The notes: generated by a model not told the origin, from the sequence alone. A stretch of 64,000 nt of DNA from Candidatus Woesebacteria bacterium (GCA_050115675.1 JASFQB010000003.1:98673-162672), one strand, 5' to 3'. Positions 18,440-27,710 are shown, counted from the first letter of the stretch. Translations and numbers: made by a program.

Positions 18440-18826
18440 ATGAAAAGTATTTTATCTGCAATAAAAATTACAGCCAGCACGATATTTATGCTTTTACTGT
18501 TGGCTACTCCTGCTAGTGCACAAGTGAGTGAGCAGGCTATATGTGAGGGCTCAGGTGGTACGTATAGTGGTGGTAGATGTGTAACGGATGGGCGTACGGT
18601 AACAGGTACCATTCAACAAATTACAAACATTTTAGTCTTTATGGTTGGTGCGGTATCTGTAATAATGATTATTATTGGTGGCATTCGTTATGCTGTTTCA
18701 AACGGCGACCAATCAGCTGTTACGGGTGCAAAAAACACAATCTTGTATGCAGTAATTGGACTTGTGGTTGCGTTTATGGCTTATGCTATAGTTAATTTTG
18801 TACTTAATAGTTTGGGTGTAGGCTGA
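18440..18826 (+). CDS. T4SS pilin-like protein, paralog 5
   Basis: Signal peptide, 2 Cys. GGIRYAVSNGDQSAVTGAKNTILYAVIGLVV. Confidence 0.65.
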   Translation: MKSILSAIKITASTIFMLLLLATPASAQVSEQAICEGSGGTYSGGRCVTDGRTVTGTIQQITNILVFMVGAVSVIMIIIGGIRYAVSNGDQSAVTGAKNTILYAVIGLVVAFMAYAIVNFVLNSLGVG

Positions 18827-18885
18827 TGATAAAATAGCTCAATCATGATAAAATAACGGCATAGGAATTAAGGAGAAAAAATAAC

Positions 18886-19332
18886 ATGATTTCATTCATG
18901 AAAAAAGCATCGAAGAGCCTACTGCTAGTACCAGCGGTTGTTTTTGCACTTGCATTTTCGGCAACTCCGGTAAGTGCGGTAGATTGTTCTGACGCAACTG
19001 CGGGTGGGATTAGCGCTGGTGCAGAGTGCGCAGCTCCTAGTGACGCGGCACAAAACTTGTTTGGAGAAGATAGCATCTTTCAGATTATTACCAACATACT
19101 ATTGTTTTTGATTGGTGCGGTGTCTGTAATTATGTTAATCATTGGTGGTATTCGTTATGTTACATCAAATGGTGATCAAGCGGCCGTTACGGGTGCAAAA
19201 AACACCATTTTGTATGCAATTATCGGTGTTGTTGTCGCCTTCTTGGCATTTGCAGCAGTGCGATTTGTCACAGATCAGCTTCAAAAGAGCACTTATGAGC
19301 CAACCTCTTCGCAGCATGTAGCTTTACGATAA
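18886..19332 (+). CDS. T4SS pilin-like protein, paralog 6
   Basis: Signal peptide, 2 Cys. GGIRYVTSNGDQAAVTGAKNTILYAIIGVVV. AGGAG RBS upstream. Confidence 0.65.
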   Translation: MISFMKKASKSLLLVPAVVFALAFSATPVSAVDCSDATAGGISAGAECAAPSDAAQNLFGEDSIFQIITNILLFLIGAVSVIMLIIGGIRYVTSNGDQAAVTGAKNTILYAIIGVVVAFLAFAAVRFVTDQLQKSTYEPTSSQHVALR

Positions 19333-19351
19333 GGTGATAGAAATTTGTATC

Positions 19352-19380
19352 AAAAAATGCCAGACTGTCTGGCATTTTTT
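19352..19380 (+). terminator. terminator of the pilin operon
   Basis: AAAAAATGCCAGA-CTG-TCTGGCATTTTTT. Confidence 0.7.
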
Positions 19381-19424
19381 GATGGGGTGATTATTGCGAT
19401 TGTGCACGTAAATATTTATTAATC

Positions 19425-19454
19425 AAAAAACGACCCAAGCTTGGGTCGTTTTTT
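19425..19454. terminator. bidirectional terminator (serves hsp20)
   Basis: Palindrome CGACCCAAGCTTGGGTCG flanked by A6 and T6. Confidence 0.7.
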
Positions 19455-19472
19455 GATATACTTGTAAACACG

Positions 19473-19943
19473 CTACATAATTTGAATTTTGCGCGCTTGC
19501 TCTTGCTTGATTTTGGCAAAACTAATAGTTAAAACCCCGTCTTTTAGAACTGCTTCAACTTCCTCTTCTTTTACAGGTACTGGTAGCGCAATGGTCCTTG
19601 AAAATTCACCCCAGTAACATTCTTGAATATGCCACTGAGAAACGTCATCATCACCACTGCTCAAAGTGCCACTTATTGTAAGGATGCCATCAGAAATACT
19701 CACGTCTAGGTCTTGTTTGTTAATCCCCGCTGTGCGAGTTTTTACAACAAGCTTTTCGTTAGTTTCGTAAACATCAACTCCAAGCTGACCAGGCACAACT
19801 TCTTCATCCCAGGCTTGCTCGTCTGCAGTATCTGCTGTTTGATTGTTAGTGCCCACCACTTGAGAATCGTCGTCATTCAAGAATGCCGCCGCTAGTTCTT
19901 CCTCCATAAGGAGGTCGTCGTTTTGCTTCTGTCCCCGTGCCAT
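19473..19943 (-). CDS. Hsp20/alpha-crystallin small heat-shock protein
   Basis: 156 aa. DGILTISG...GEFSRTIALPVPVKEEEVEAVLKDGVLTISFAK. Confidence 0.9.
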   Translation of the reverse strand: MARGQKQNDDLLMEEELAAAFLNDDDSQVVGTNNQTADTADEQAWDEEVVPGQLGVDVYETNEKLVVKTRTAGINKQDLDVSISDGILTISGTLSSGDDDVSQWHIQECYWGEFSRTIALPVPVKEEEVEAVLKDGVLTISFAKIKQEQARKIQIM

Positions 19944-20055
19944 TCTCTTTTATCTATCCTCCACTTTTGTACTAGGCTTCACGCTAGGTCACGTATGATA
20001 TTATTATAGCGAAAGTGGGCAAACTATTGCAATATAATCATGCGAGGAAGTAAAA

Positions 20056-20751
20056 ATGACATCATTACCCGAGAAGCTTGTGGCAATAATAGCCCCACAT
20101 GCCTGTGTTTCATGTAGTAATTATAACAACGTGTTGTGCGACGAATGCGTATTGCAGATAGCGCCTGTGAATACAGAATTATGTTTTGCCTGTAACTCCC
20201 CTTGCTCGGCGTCAAATATCTGTAAGAAGTGTGCTGTAGAGTGTGGAGTAACGCAGGCATTTATAGGGGCAATGTACGATGGTGATGTGGTAAAAGTAAT
20301 AAAGATGCTCAAGTTTGAGCGTGCAAAGGCCGCTGCGAGTCCTCTTGCAAGAATTTTATGCAATCAGCTTCCTCTGTTCTGTGAAGACACTATAATTGTC
20401 CCCGTCCCCACCACTTCGTCGCGCGTGCGGCAACGTGGATATAACCAGTCTATGCTAATTGCTAAACACATCGGCAAAGAAAAGCAGCTTAAAGTGATTG
20501 ATGCACTTGGCAGAGACTCTTCTGTCAGGCAGCTGGGGGCATCGCGCCAAAAACGACATGAACAAATAAAAGATGCATTTTATTGCAAAAAACAAAGCAA
20601 GGTCGTTAATAGGGATATTTTGCTTATAGACGATGTTGTAACCACTGGTGCTACGTTAAAGGCTGCTGCAAAAATTCTTTATGCAAGCGGCGCAGCAAAC
20701 ATTTACGTGGCTACTGTTGCAAAAACTCCGCCAGCCTCTGTTAAGCAATAA
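20056..20751 (+). CDS. comF: ComF-family phosphoribosyltransferase
   Basis: N-terminal Cys4 zinc finger plus PRTase motif ILLIDDVVTTGATL. Confidence 0.85.
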   Translation: MTSLPEKLVAIIAPHACVSCSNYNNVLCDECVLQIAPVNTELCFACNSPCSASNICKKCAVECGVTQAFIGAMYDGDVVKVIKMLKFERAKAAASPLARILCNQLPLFCEDTIIVPVPTTSSRVRQRGYNQSMLIAKHIGKEKQLKVIDALGRDSSVRQLGASRQKRHEQIKDAFYCKKQSKVVNRDILLIDDVVTTGATLKAAAKILYASGAANIYVATVAKTPPASVKQ

Positions 20752-20779
20752 GTTTATGTGATATAATACCCCTGTTCGT

Positions 20780-20869
20780 GGAAGGGTGTCCGAGCGGTTT
20801 AAGGAACTGGTCTTGAAAACCAGCGTGCGGGCGACCGTACCGTGGGTTCGAATCCCACCCCTTCCGCCA
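20780..20869 (+). tRNA. tRNA-Ser(UGA)
   Basis: Acceptor GGAAGGG/CCCTTCC, anticodon arm CTGGT-CTTGAAA-ACCAG, long variable arm, GGTTCGAATCC T-loop, encoded CCA. Confidence 0.9.
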
Positions 20870-20911
20870 AGAAAAGTACTTGTTTTTGCAAGTGTTTTTC
20901 TTTTTGTTAAT

Positions 20912-22348
20912 TCATATTCCGCATTTTTGTTGGAGTTTTTCAACAGGAGCAAAATTATCTGTTAGTGTTTGGCCTTGACTAAGTTGCTGGCCATTTTTAA
21001 TCCAACTTAGTTCCTTATTGCTGTAGGTTGTAACAATATTTTGAGTTTGAGCTAGGTTTTGAGTGCTTTGCGGTAGTGCAGAGTGCCATTTAAACGAACT
21101 TGCATAAGATGTATGAATTGCACTAAGCAAGGGTCCGCAGGTATCGTTTTTGCCGCCAATTTGGTTAACTACTACTATCCCCTCGTCTGATAAAGATTTT
21201 TTAAGTTGCTCGGCGTATTCGGTTGTCGCTAAAGAAAAAGGCACGCTGACGTCACTGTAAACATCAACTAAAATAACATCATACTTTTGGTGGTTGGTGT
21301 TTAAAAATGCACGGGCGTCTTGGTTGATGATTTTTACGTTTCTATGCTCTTGGTAATTAAAATATTGCTTCGAGATGGCTAATAGCTCGGGGTCAATCTC
21401 TACTACGTCTATTGTGCTGCTTGTGCGCATAGCAAGGTAATTTGGTATGGTAAATGCTCCTCCACCCAGCATTAAAATATTTTGATTTTTTGGTGCAGCC
21501 AAAGCGATCTGCGCCATTTGCTTTGTGTAATTAAAAACAAGTTCAGAAGATCCGTTTGCAAACACTCCTGATTGTGAGCCTCCTGGGCCCATTGTTAAGG
21601 CAATAATTTCTTGGTTTGCGTAAGTGCTTTTTACTATCTGATAGTGTGAACTAGGCGTGTCAATTATTGCCAGTACGTACTTGTTATTTTTGGGCAAAAA
21701 ATGCACAACTATAACAATTAGTAAGACTAATGTTAAAAGGGCTCTTTTTTGCCAGTATTTTTGAGGGGCAATTATCCAACTAAAAACAGCAAGAGTTAGG
21801 CAAATTAAAGCCATAGTTTGCATTGCACCAATGTAGCCAAAAAATATGAAACCAACGCAAAAAGTACCAACAATTCCTCCTACTGCGTTGGCCGAGCTAA
21901 GAAGTGCAACTGAGGTTCCAGTTTGATTTAGCGCAGGTGTGCGCAGTCTGGCCAAGTATGGACTTAGCATGCCCAGAGCAAAGCTGGCTGGCATAAATAG
22001 TAAAAGCGATGCAAATACTCCTTGGATTCTTGGATCTTTTAGGTTCTCGAGCATTGTAAGTGTTCCCTCGGCAAAGACAAGAGTGATTGCCACTCCAAAA
22101 CTGCTGGCTAGCATTAGCCAGGCAATGTCGCAAGGTTTGGTGCGCTTGTCGGCTAGTACTCCCCCAGCCGTGTATCCTAGTGACAACGCTGCAATAATGA
22201 CTCCTATAACGCATGTCCAGACGTAAGTTGAACTACCAATGCTTGGTGCCAAAATGCGAGATGCTGCAAGTTCGTAGGCCATAAGTGCAAAGCCTGTTAC
22301 AAAAGCAATTATTTCGTAGCTGCGGATGTATTTTAGATATGAAAGCAT
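20912..22348 (-). CDS. fused multi-TM / spermidine-synthase-like aminopropyltransferase
   Basis: N-terminal ~200 aa with several TM helices. C-terminal MTase fold ILMLGGGAFTIP...VVEIDPEL...DVILVD. Confidence 0.7.
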   Translation of the reverse strand: MLSYLKYIRSYEIIAFVTGFALMAYELAASRILAPSIGSSTYVWTCVIGVIIAALSLGYTAGGVLADKRTKPCDIAWLMLASSFGVAITLVFAEGTLTMLENLKDPRIQGVFASLLLFMPASFALGMLSPYLARLRTPALNQTGTSVALLSSANAVGGIVGTFCVGFIFFGYIGAMQTMALICLTLAVFSWIIAPQKYWQKRALLTLVLLIVIVVHFLPKNNKYVLAIIDTPSSHYQIVKSTYANQEIIALTMGPGGSQSGVFANGSSELVFNYTKQMAQIALAAPKNQNILMLGGGAFTIPNYLAMRTSSTIDVVEIDPELLAISKQYFNYQEHRNVKIINQDARAFLNTNHQKYDVILVDVYSDVSVPFSLATTEYAEQLKKSLSDEGIVVVNQIGGKNDTCGPLLSAIHTSYASSFKWHSALPQSTQNLAQTQNIVTTYSNKELSWIKNGQQLSQGQTLTDNFAPVEKLQQKCGI

Positions 22349-22402
22349 ACGTACTATTATACGGCAGTTGCATAGTTATGGATAATATTATATTATGTAG
22401 AA

Positions 22403-23290
22403 ATGTCGAAAAGCCGCCTGCCTACGGTAGGATCAGCGTATCGTTCGCTTCGAAGGAATGGGAGCTATTTGGATGACGACAAGCACAGAGCAATAACCAG
22501 TTTGCCCGATGTTCAGTATGTTCATCCAAGGCATGGCGTAGTTTGTGCTAGGTGTGATGAGGTTGCGCTAAAAGCATCTGGCCGTGTTTTTGCAAGTGCC
22601 AGTGTTGGCCAATCGTTAGCACATATAAGGCACGTAGAATCGCTTTACGGTGCAGCAAGAATCATTGGAAACACCATGTTTGGACGGCGTCTGATCTGGG
22701 GTGTTTCTGGTTTTGCGGCTCGTGGTTATGAGCTGAACGCTGAAGCTAAAGGCATGTCCAGAGTGTTCAACCATCTTGCCAGGTCTAACGAACGGCCAGC
22801 ACTTATCGTTGACGGAGGCTCTAGCCAAAGCGTATTGGGGTTGAGCGGCATTCTTGCTAAAAAGCACAGCTTTACTTCGGTGGGGTTTACTGCCCTGCAA
22901 GGCATGGCAAGCATGGCGCCGCGTGATTTGATGGTTTTTTCGGGCACTACATATCAGAGCCGCGAAGAACTAATTGGACTGACGGCAGACATTTTGCTGT
23001 GTTTTGGTGGAGGAGAGGGCACTAGACGCGAATGCCTCGCAAATTTGTACTATGGTGGCGTTAGCGTGGTGTTTGCGCTCAAAGACTATCCAGCAGATAT
23101 GTTTGCGGGTGAATATCGAAATCGCACAGATAAAACCGAAGAGGAATTGGATGGGCGCCTGATTATTTGTCGTTCGGTGCGGGATATTCCACACTGTCTA
23201 GACGCAGCAATCCAAAAAAGCTGGCAAATCAGAAATGGGGTCAAGTCGCACAAGACAAATAGGCTTAATGAGATTTTGCTTAACGAATAA
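22403..23290 (+). CDS. SLOG/LOG-like (TIGR00725-type) Rossmannoid protein with N-terminal extension
   Basis: LIVDGGSSQSVLG... and LLCFGGGEGTRRE, which resembles the PGGxGTxxE motif of LOG-family proteins. Confidence 0.45.
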   Translation: MSKSRLPTVGSAYRSLRRNGSYLDDDKHRAITSLPDVQYVHPRHGVVCARCDEVALKASGRVFASASVGQSLAHIRHVESLYGAARIIGNTMFGRRLIWGVSGFAARGYELNAEAKGMSRVFNHLARSNERPALIVDGGSSQSVLGLSGILAKKHSFTSVGFTALQGMASMAPRDLMVFSGTTYQSREELIGLTADILLCFGGGEGTRRECLANLYYGGVSVVFALKDYPADMFAGEYRNRTDKTEEELDGRLIICRSVRDIPHCLDAAIQKSWQIRNGVKSHKTNRLNEILLNE

Positions 23291-23369
23291 ATGACTGGCC
23301 GCTCAGAATTTTAAATTTTGGGCGGCTTTTTAAAAATAAAAAAACACAACATAAGTTGTGCTCTTTACT

Positions 23370-23462
23370 TGGCGGAGGAGGAGGGATTCGAACCCTCGCT
23401 GGAGATTGCTCCCCACTAACAATTTAGCAAACTGTCCCCTTCAGCCACTTGGGTACTCCTCC
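23370..23462 (-). tRNA. tRNA-Ser(GCU)
   Basis: Reverse complement GGAGGAGTACCCAAGTGGCTGAAGGGGACAGTTTGCTAAATTGT...GGTTCGAATCCCTCCTCCTCCGCCA. Anticodon loop TTGCTAA, long variable arm. Confidence 0.9.
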
Positions 23463-23604
23463 GTACAGTGGCTTAACTTTTGTTATTGTACTACATCTTT
23501 AATCTGTTGGCGATAGTTTTTGGTAAAAAATACTGTTTATAATGTGCAAAATGCATATTTTTTGTTATTATGTTTTGGGTTTGTTTGCTGACCATGGAGG
23601 AAAA

Positions 23605-24114
23605 ATGCGTGCATTTCTTTCACAGGGTGACGCCGAGCATTTAACGGCCCTTGGATTTAAGCCTGGGATTTTATATTGTACCCAAAGCGCAACACTAAGA
23701 GTTAATGATCTTTTGCGACATGGGCGGTCGGTCATACGAGGAGACTATCCTACTGCCGAGCCACCACGTGCAGCTGTCTTGGTGGTGGATATTTACCAAA
23801 GTGGCTTGGTACAAAAGGATGAAGATTGGCAAATCTCAACGCGCTGGGGTCAAACATTTGATGCAAGTAATCTGCTTGGCGTGGTGGCTAAGGCGCGCCT
23901 GGTCGCCTTTTCGCCAAATCTTACGCAAACACCAGTTGTGTTAGCTAGGCAGTCGCAAGTTAGAATTTTTGCCTACGTACCTTTGCTTGGTCGGCCGGTA
24001 ATTACACCGGAAACGGTTTGCGAAGGCGTAACATTTCAAAAAATTGGCGTAAGACCAGTTGCAAAAAATCCAAAAACCTTCTTTGAGGCAGATGACATGG
24101 ATATTGTCAGTTAA
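23605..24114 (+). CDS. hypothetical protein
   Basis: I prefer the ATG at 23605, preceded by GGAGG (the track starts at 23542). Followed by hairpin CCCGCAG...CTGCGGG at ~24122-24145. Confidence 0.5.
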   Translation: MRAFLSQGDAEHLTALGFKPGILYCTQSATLRVNDLLRHGRSVIRGDYPTAEPPRAAVLVVDIYQSGLVQKDEDWQISTRWGQTFDASNLLGVVAKARLVAFSPNLTQTPVVLARQSQVRIFAYVPLLGRPVITPETVCEGVTFQKIGVRPVAKNPKTFFEADDMDIVS

Positions 24115-24201
24115 TCATGCGCCCGCAGTCCTAGGTGGCTGCGGGTTTTAATTTGATAATATACTTTGGTGCAACCAGTAGCACTTTGGTATACTGTAAA
24201 T

Positions 24202-24798
24202 ATGAATGACCAGTCAAATAATGACCAAGATGCCAAGCAGAATACTGAGCCAGGTTCTTTTTATCAGCCTCAGCCTTCTGTCCAGCCGCAGTTTGAGTCA
24301 ACCAGGGCTGTGCATAATGCAGGATCTCAAAAAGCAGACAGCAACAAAAGCCTTGCGTGGAGTGCGCCAGAATACGTGCATAATGACAAGGGTTTTGGTT
24401 GGCTCGTTGGTTTGTTTATAACCGCGGTAGTTATAGTGGCGGTTGCAGTTTGGCTGCAGGTGTGGACCTTTGTGGTTCTTGCGGTGGTTATGACGATAGC
24501 TTTTGGTGTTGTAGCTTTTCGTCCGCCAAAAACGCTTAATTACATCCTTGATTCCAAAGGAGTACAGGTTGATAAAAAGTTGTATGTCTTTTCGGATTTT
24601 AGAGCGTTTGGTGTTTTAGGAGAAGGCTCGTTTTATACTGTTATGCTTATACCAACCAAGCGTTTTATGCCCTCGCTAGGTATTCATTTTTCTGAAGATT
24701 TGGGCGAAAAAATAGTTGACATCATTGGCGCTCAGCTACCGCAAGAAGAGCTCCACTATGATGTTGTAGAAAAAACTATGCGAAGATTGCACTTTTAG
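24202..24798 (+). CDS. hypothetical membrane protein (2 TM, PH-like C-domain?)
   Basis: ATG at 24202 preferred over the TTG at 24166. Q/N-rich N-terminus, two adjacent TM helices. Confidence 0.5.
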   Translation: MNDQSNNDQDAKQNTEPGSFYQPQPSVQPQFESTRAVHNAGSQKADSNKSLAWSAPEYVHNDKGFGWLVGLFITAVVIVAVAVWLQVWTFVVLAVVMTIAFGVVAFRPPKTLNYILDSKGVQVDKKLYVFSDFRAFGVLGEGSFYTVMLIPTKRFMPSLGIHFSEDLGEKIVDIIGAQLPQEELHYDVVEKTMRRLHF

Positions 24799-24905
24799 CT
24801 GCAAACCTCTTTGCTAAGTCGCGTTTGTGTGATATAGTTTTATCTGTTCTGTATCTGTTGCAGGAAGCACTTTCTAGTTCAAGAGCGGCTGCAAAGCCGC
24901 TGTAT

Positions 24906-24982
24906 GCACCTGTAGCTCAGCTGGATAGAGCGTTGGCTTGCGGAGCCAAAGGTCGTAAGTTCGAATCTTGCCAGGTGTACCA
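24906..24982 (+). tRNA. tRNA-Arg(GCG)
   Basis: GCACCTGTAGCTCAGCTGGATAGAGC, anticodon arm TTGGC-TTGCGGA-GCCAA, T-arm GTAAG-TTCGAAT-CTTGC, CCA encoded. G1-U72 wobble noted. Confidence 0.85.
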
Positions 24983-25037
24983 AAGAAAATCCCCCATTAA
25001 TGTTGGGGGATTTTCTTTGGTAAAATATAAAACTATT

Positions 25038-26144
25038 TTATTGGCTTGTTGTTGGTGGTGTTTGTTTCTTGCTAGCATCATCTAGACTGTCATTATCGTT
25101 AGTTGTGCTGGGCTTTTCTGAACTATTTACTCTGGCCTCTGCTTTTTGCTGTGTCATTTTTTTGCCTTGACCTTCGTTATTCTTTTTAAACCAAGCATTA
25201 AATCCTGCCCAAATAGCAATTCCTGCTGCGGTAAATATGCCCCCAAAAATGAGCAATTGCAAGCCAACGAGTTTTAAGAGTAATTGCATTATCGGTATAA
25301 CAACGTTTGCCATCGAAATTTCAGAGGTCTCCATTCCTGGCAGCCCATCGGGCAATGAGCCTAGCCAAAACATCGCCACGCCAAAACAAAACGGCACAAG
25401 TGCGCCAGTAAATAATTTGCGACCAAAAATTGATGTAGATTTAATTTTTTCTGTTGAAATAACTAGCATAACAATATACGAAACAACTGCTAAAGCGGCC
25501 AGGATAATTACCGACCAGCGCAAGATCGTAAGGTACTGTGGTAATTGTGCAAATGGTGAAGATTCTGAACTAATATTTAGAGAATCGCTTGTAATTGGCT
25601 CAGAAGCAAACCCCGAACTGTTAATAGCTTGCGCTGCAAGCGTCTTTGCAAACTCCTCGCTTGTCATGTTTGCTGGTATGCATAAGTTTTGGGTGCTAAC
25701 CTGACTAAGGGCTGTGCAAGTTTGCAATTGGCCAAGCTCTGGCTCAATTTGCGTGGCTAATTCGTTAACGAGTACGTCGCGATTTTCGTCTACAGGAATG
25801 TTAAAATTTATTTCACTAGAGTCGCCGTCAATCCAGCTGTATGTGCTGTCAAGAACTGCCTCAGCTTGGGTTTGTATATAATCGCTTGTATAGGTGTTAG
25901 TCAGTGCGTCTGCTAGCGCGTCGCTTGTTAATATTGTTTCTGCCTGTGCTGCGGCTTGTGTTTGCAGTATTTCTGATAGTCCAGTGGTGAATGTATTGTA
26001 AACTCCACTATCGCTTAATCCTTGTTTCACGACAGATTCGTTAAAAATTGATGTTTGCAAAGCAAGTGCCCAAATAAGTATTGTTATGCATGTTGCACTA
26101 ATAAAACTAGCTAAAGATACAAAAAAAGAACGAAAAGACATCAT
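25038..26144 (-). CDS. hypothetical membrane protein
   Basis: 368 aa. N-terminal TM, ~200-aa ectodomain, three C-terminal TM helices, charged tail. Confidence 0.55.
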   Translation of the reverse strand: MMSFRSFFVSLASFISATCITILIWALALQTSIFNESVVKQGLSDSGVYNTFTTGLSEILQTQAAAQAETILTSDALADALTNTYTSDYIQTQAEAVLDSTYSWIDGDSSEINFNIPVDENRDVLVNELATQIEPELGQLQTCTALSQVSTQNLCIPANMTSEEFAKTLAAQAINSSGFASEPITSDSLNISSESSPFAQLPQYLTILRWSVIILAALAVVSYIVMLVISTEKIKSTSIFGRKLFTGALVPFCFGVAMFWLGSLPDGLPGMETSEISMANVVIPIMQLLLKLVGLQLLIFGGIFTAAGIAIWAGFNAWFKKNNEGQGKKMTQQKAEARVNSSEKPSTTNDNDSLDDASKKQTPPTTSQ

Positions 26145-26244
26145 AAAACCATTGTACGTTAAACATAAACACTATACAATTAATTGTTTGACTACTGTAA
26201 AAGTCGGTGAATAATGATATAATACCTGCGTTACAACCATAAAT

Positions 26245-26336
<92 letters not shown>

Positions 26337-26389
26337 AAATAGCATTCTGCTTTACCAGGATGCTATTTTTGATTTGGTCAAAAAAAACT

Positions 26390-26436
26390 GGGCCTCGCCC
26401 AACTTGCCAAAAAAATGGAAAGTTGGGGCGAGGCCC
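26390..26436 (-). terminator. terminator of islet-A membrane gene
   Basis: 15/16-bp stem GGGCCTCGCCCAACT / AGTTGGGGCGAGGCCC, followed on the minus strand by a T7 run. Confidence 0.6.
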
Positions 26437-26442
26437 GTCGCA

Positions 26443-26802
26443 TCAGCTCTTGTTGCTCTCGTTCGGGTCAGTGTTTTTGCTTGTGGTCATGGTTTCTTTC
26501 CTCTTGGAGAAGAACGCCCACAGGGACATGCCCATAAGAATGGCGATGCCGGCGATGAAGTTCAGCGCGATGGTGGTGCAGATTGCTCCCCCAAGACTCG
26601 CAAAAAACCACCCTATCTTGCCGGTGGTCTGCGAGCCATCACTCATGAACGAGGTGATGGCCGCGTCGCCCAGCAGGTACTGAACAGCGGTAAGGACGAC
26701 GATCAAGATCGTGTCCAGCACGGCAATGGTCTTGGCGATCAGCTTGAAGCCCCTGCGGGCGTCGGCCTTGCTGCCAGGCTGCTGTGCGCCATCGTTGGTC
26801 AT
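26443..26802 (-). CDS. small 3-TM membrane protein (GC-rich islet A)
   Basis: 119 aa with clear TM helices. It has its own promoter (26840-26868) and terminator. The overlapping + strand ORFs start inside the tRNA and are rejected. Confidence 0.5.
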   Translation of the reverse strand: MTNDGAQQPGSKADARRGFKLIAKTIAVLDTILIVVLTAVQYLLGDAAITSFMSDGSQTTGKIGWFFASLGGAICTTIALNFIAGIAILMGMSLWAFFSKRKETMTTSKNTDPNESNKS

Positions 26803-26839
26803 GATGAATCCCTTCGTGACTTCCTGATGTGACTTTTAA

Positions 26840-26868
26840 ACTATACACTATTCAATATAATATGTCAA
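26840..26868 (-). promoter_or_regulatory. sigma70-type promoter for 26443-26802
   Basis: Minus strand: TTGACA (26868-26863), 17 nt, TATAGT (26845-26840). Confidence 0.5.
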
Positions 26869-26887
26869 TACACATATTATAATAAAC

Positions 26888-26915
26888 CTTGACTTTTTAA
26901 GTGCATGTGCTAATA
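26888..26915 (+). promoter_or_regulatory. promoter for 26949-27260
   Basis: TTGACT, 16 nt, TAATAT. Confidence 0.45.
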
Positions 26916-26948
26916 TATGCGTTAGTCATCGCAGATTGGAGCAAGTCA

Positions 26949-27260
26949 ATGACAACCTTCACAGGCTTCCATGTCAGTGCTCCCTTTGCCCATATCAGTA
27001 TGGCAAGAATCATCGAACGTCTTACTATCGGAACTGCAAATAATATCATGTTCCTGTGCAACACACCAGAAGGCGAGATTTGGCTGCAAGATCCCGACGC
27101 AAGCCAGCTTGTGAGGCGTGCTTCCATTTATGACCGCCACGTTGTCATTGCTGTGTGTTTTGACCACGAAGACGACACCAAGATTGCCGCGGCGCTGCAA
27201 GAGTTGGGCCATGACGGGATCCCATGCACCGAACTGCGCACTTGCGCGGAAGTTGGTTGA
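26949..27260 (+). CDS. hypothetical protein (GC-rich islet A)
   Basis: ATG 26949 preferred (MTTFTGFHV...). No motif recognised. Confidence 0.4.
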   Translation: MTTFTGFHVSAPFAHISMARIIERLTIGTANNIMFLCNTPEGEIWLQDPDASQLVRRASIYDRHVVIAVCFDHEDDTKIAAALQELGHDGIPCTELRTCAEVG

Positions 27261-27317
27261 TTTTTTGGCCTCAGTGCGTATATGCGTTCTGGGGCCTTTG
27301 TATGCTATACTAAAAAT

Positions 27318-27710
27318 ATGGATAGCATTTTTACTAAAATTATCAAAGGCGAAATACCCGCCTACAAAATTTACGAAAACGATAAAACCCTGGCTTTTTT
27401 AGATATCTATCCCGCACAACCAGGCCACACTCTGATCGTGCCAAAAAATCAGGTTGACCGATTAGAGAATTTGCCAAATGATGATTATTTGGCGCTTATG
27501 CAAACTGTTAAAAAAGTAATGCATCGTGTTGTAGAGGTGTTTGGCCAAGAATATCGTGCTTGCCTTAAATTGGAGGGCTTTGATGTAGCTCATGCACACG
27601 TGCACGTTATCCCCTGTCGTACGGCCATAGATTTTTGGGCCAAGCAGCGTATGAACGAGACGCCAGATGCGTTAGCGCTAGAGGAAGTCACTAAAAGGCT
27701 TAAGTTTTAA
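27318..27710 (+). CDS. HIT-family nucleotide hydrolase/transferase
   Basis: MDSIFTKIIKGEIPAYKIYENDKTLAFLDI...HAHVHVIP histidine triad. Confidence 0.85.
   Translation: MDSIFTKIIKGEIPAYKIYENDKTLAFLDIYPAQPGHTLIVPKNQVDRLENLPNDDYLALMQTVKKVMHRVVEVFGQEYRACLKLEGFDVAHAHVHVIPCRTAIDFWAKQRMNETPDALALEEVTKRLKF

Noticed and set aside
20656-20952. ORFs overlapping tRNA genes (20656-20952, 24825-25085, 26107-26337, 61347-61751)
   Set aside because: They read through tRNA sequences on either strand, and the tRNA cloverleaves are unambiguous.
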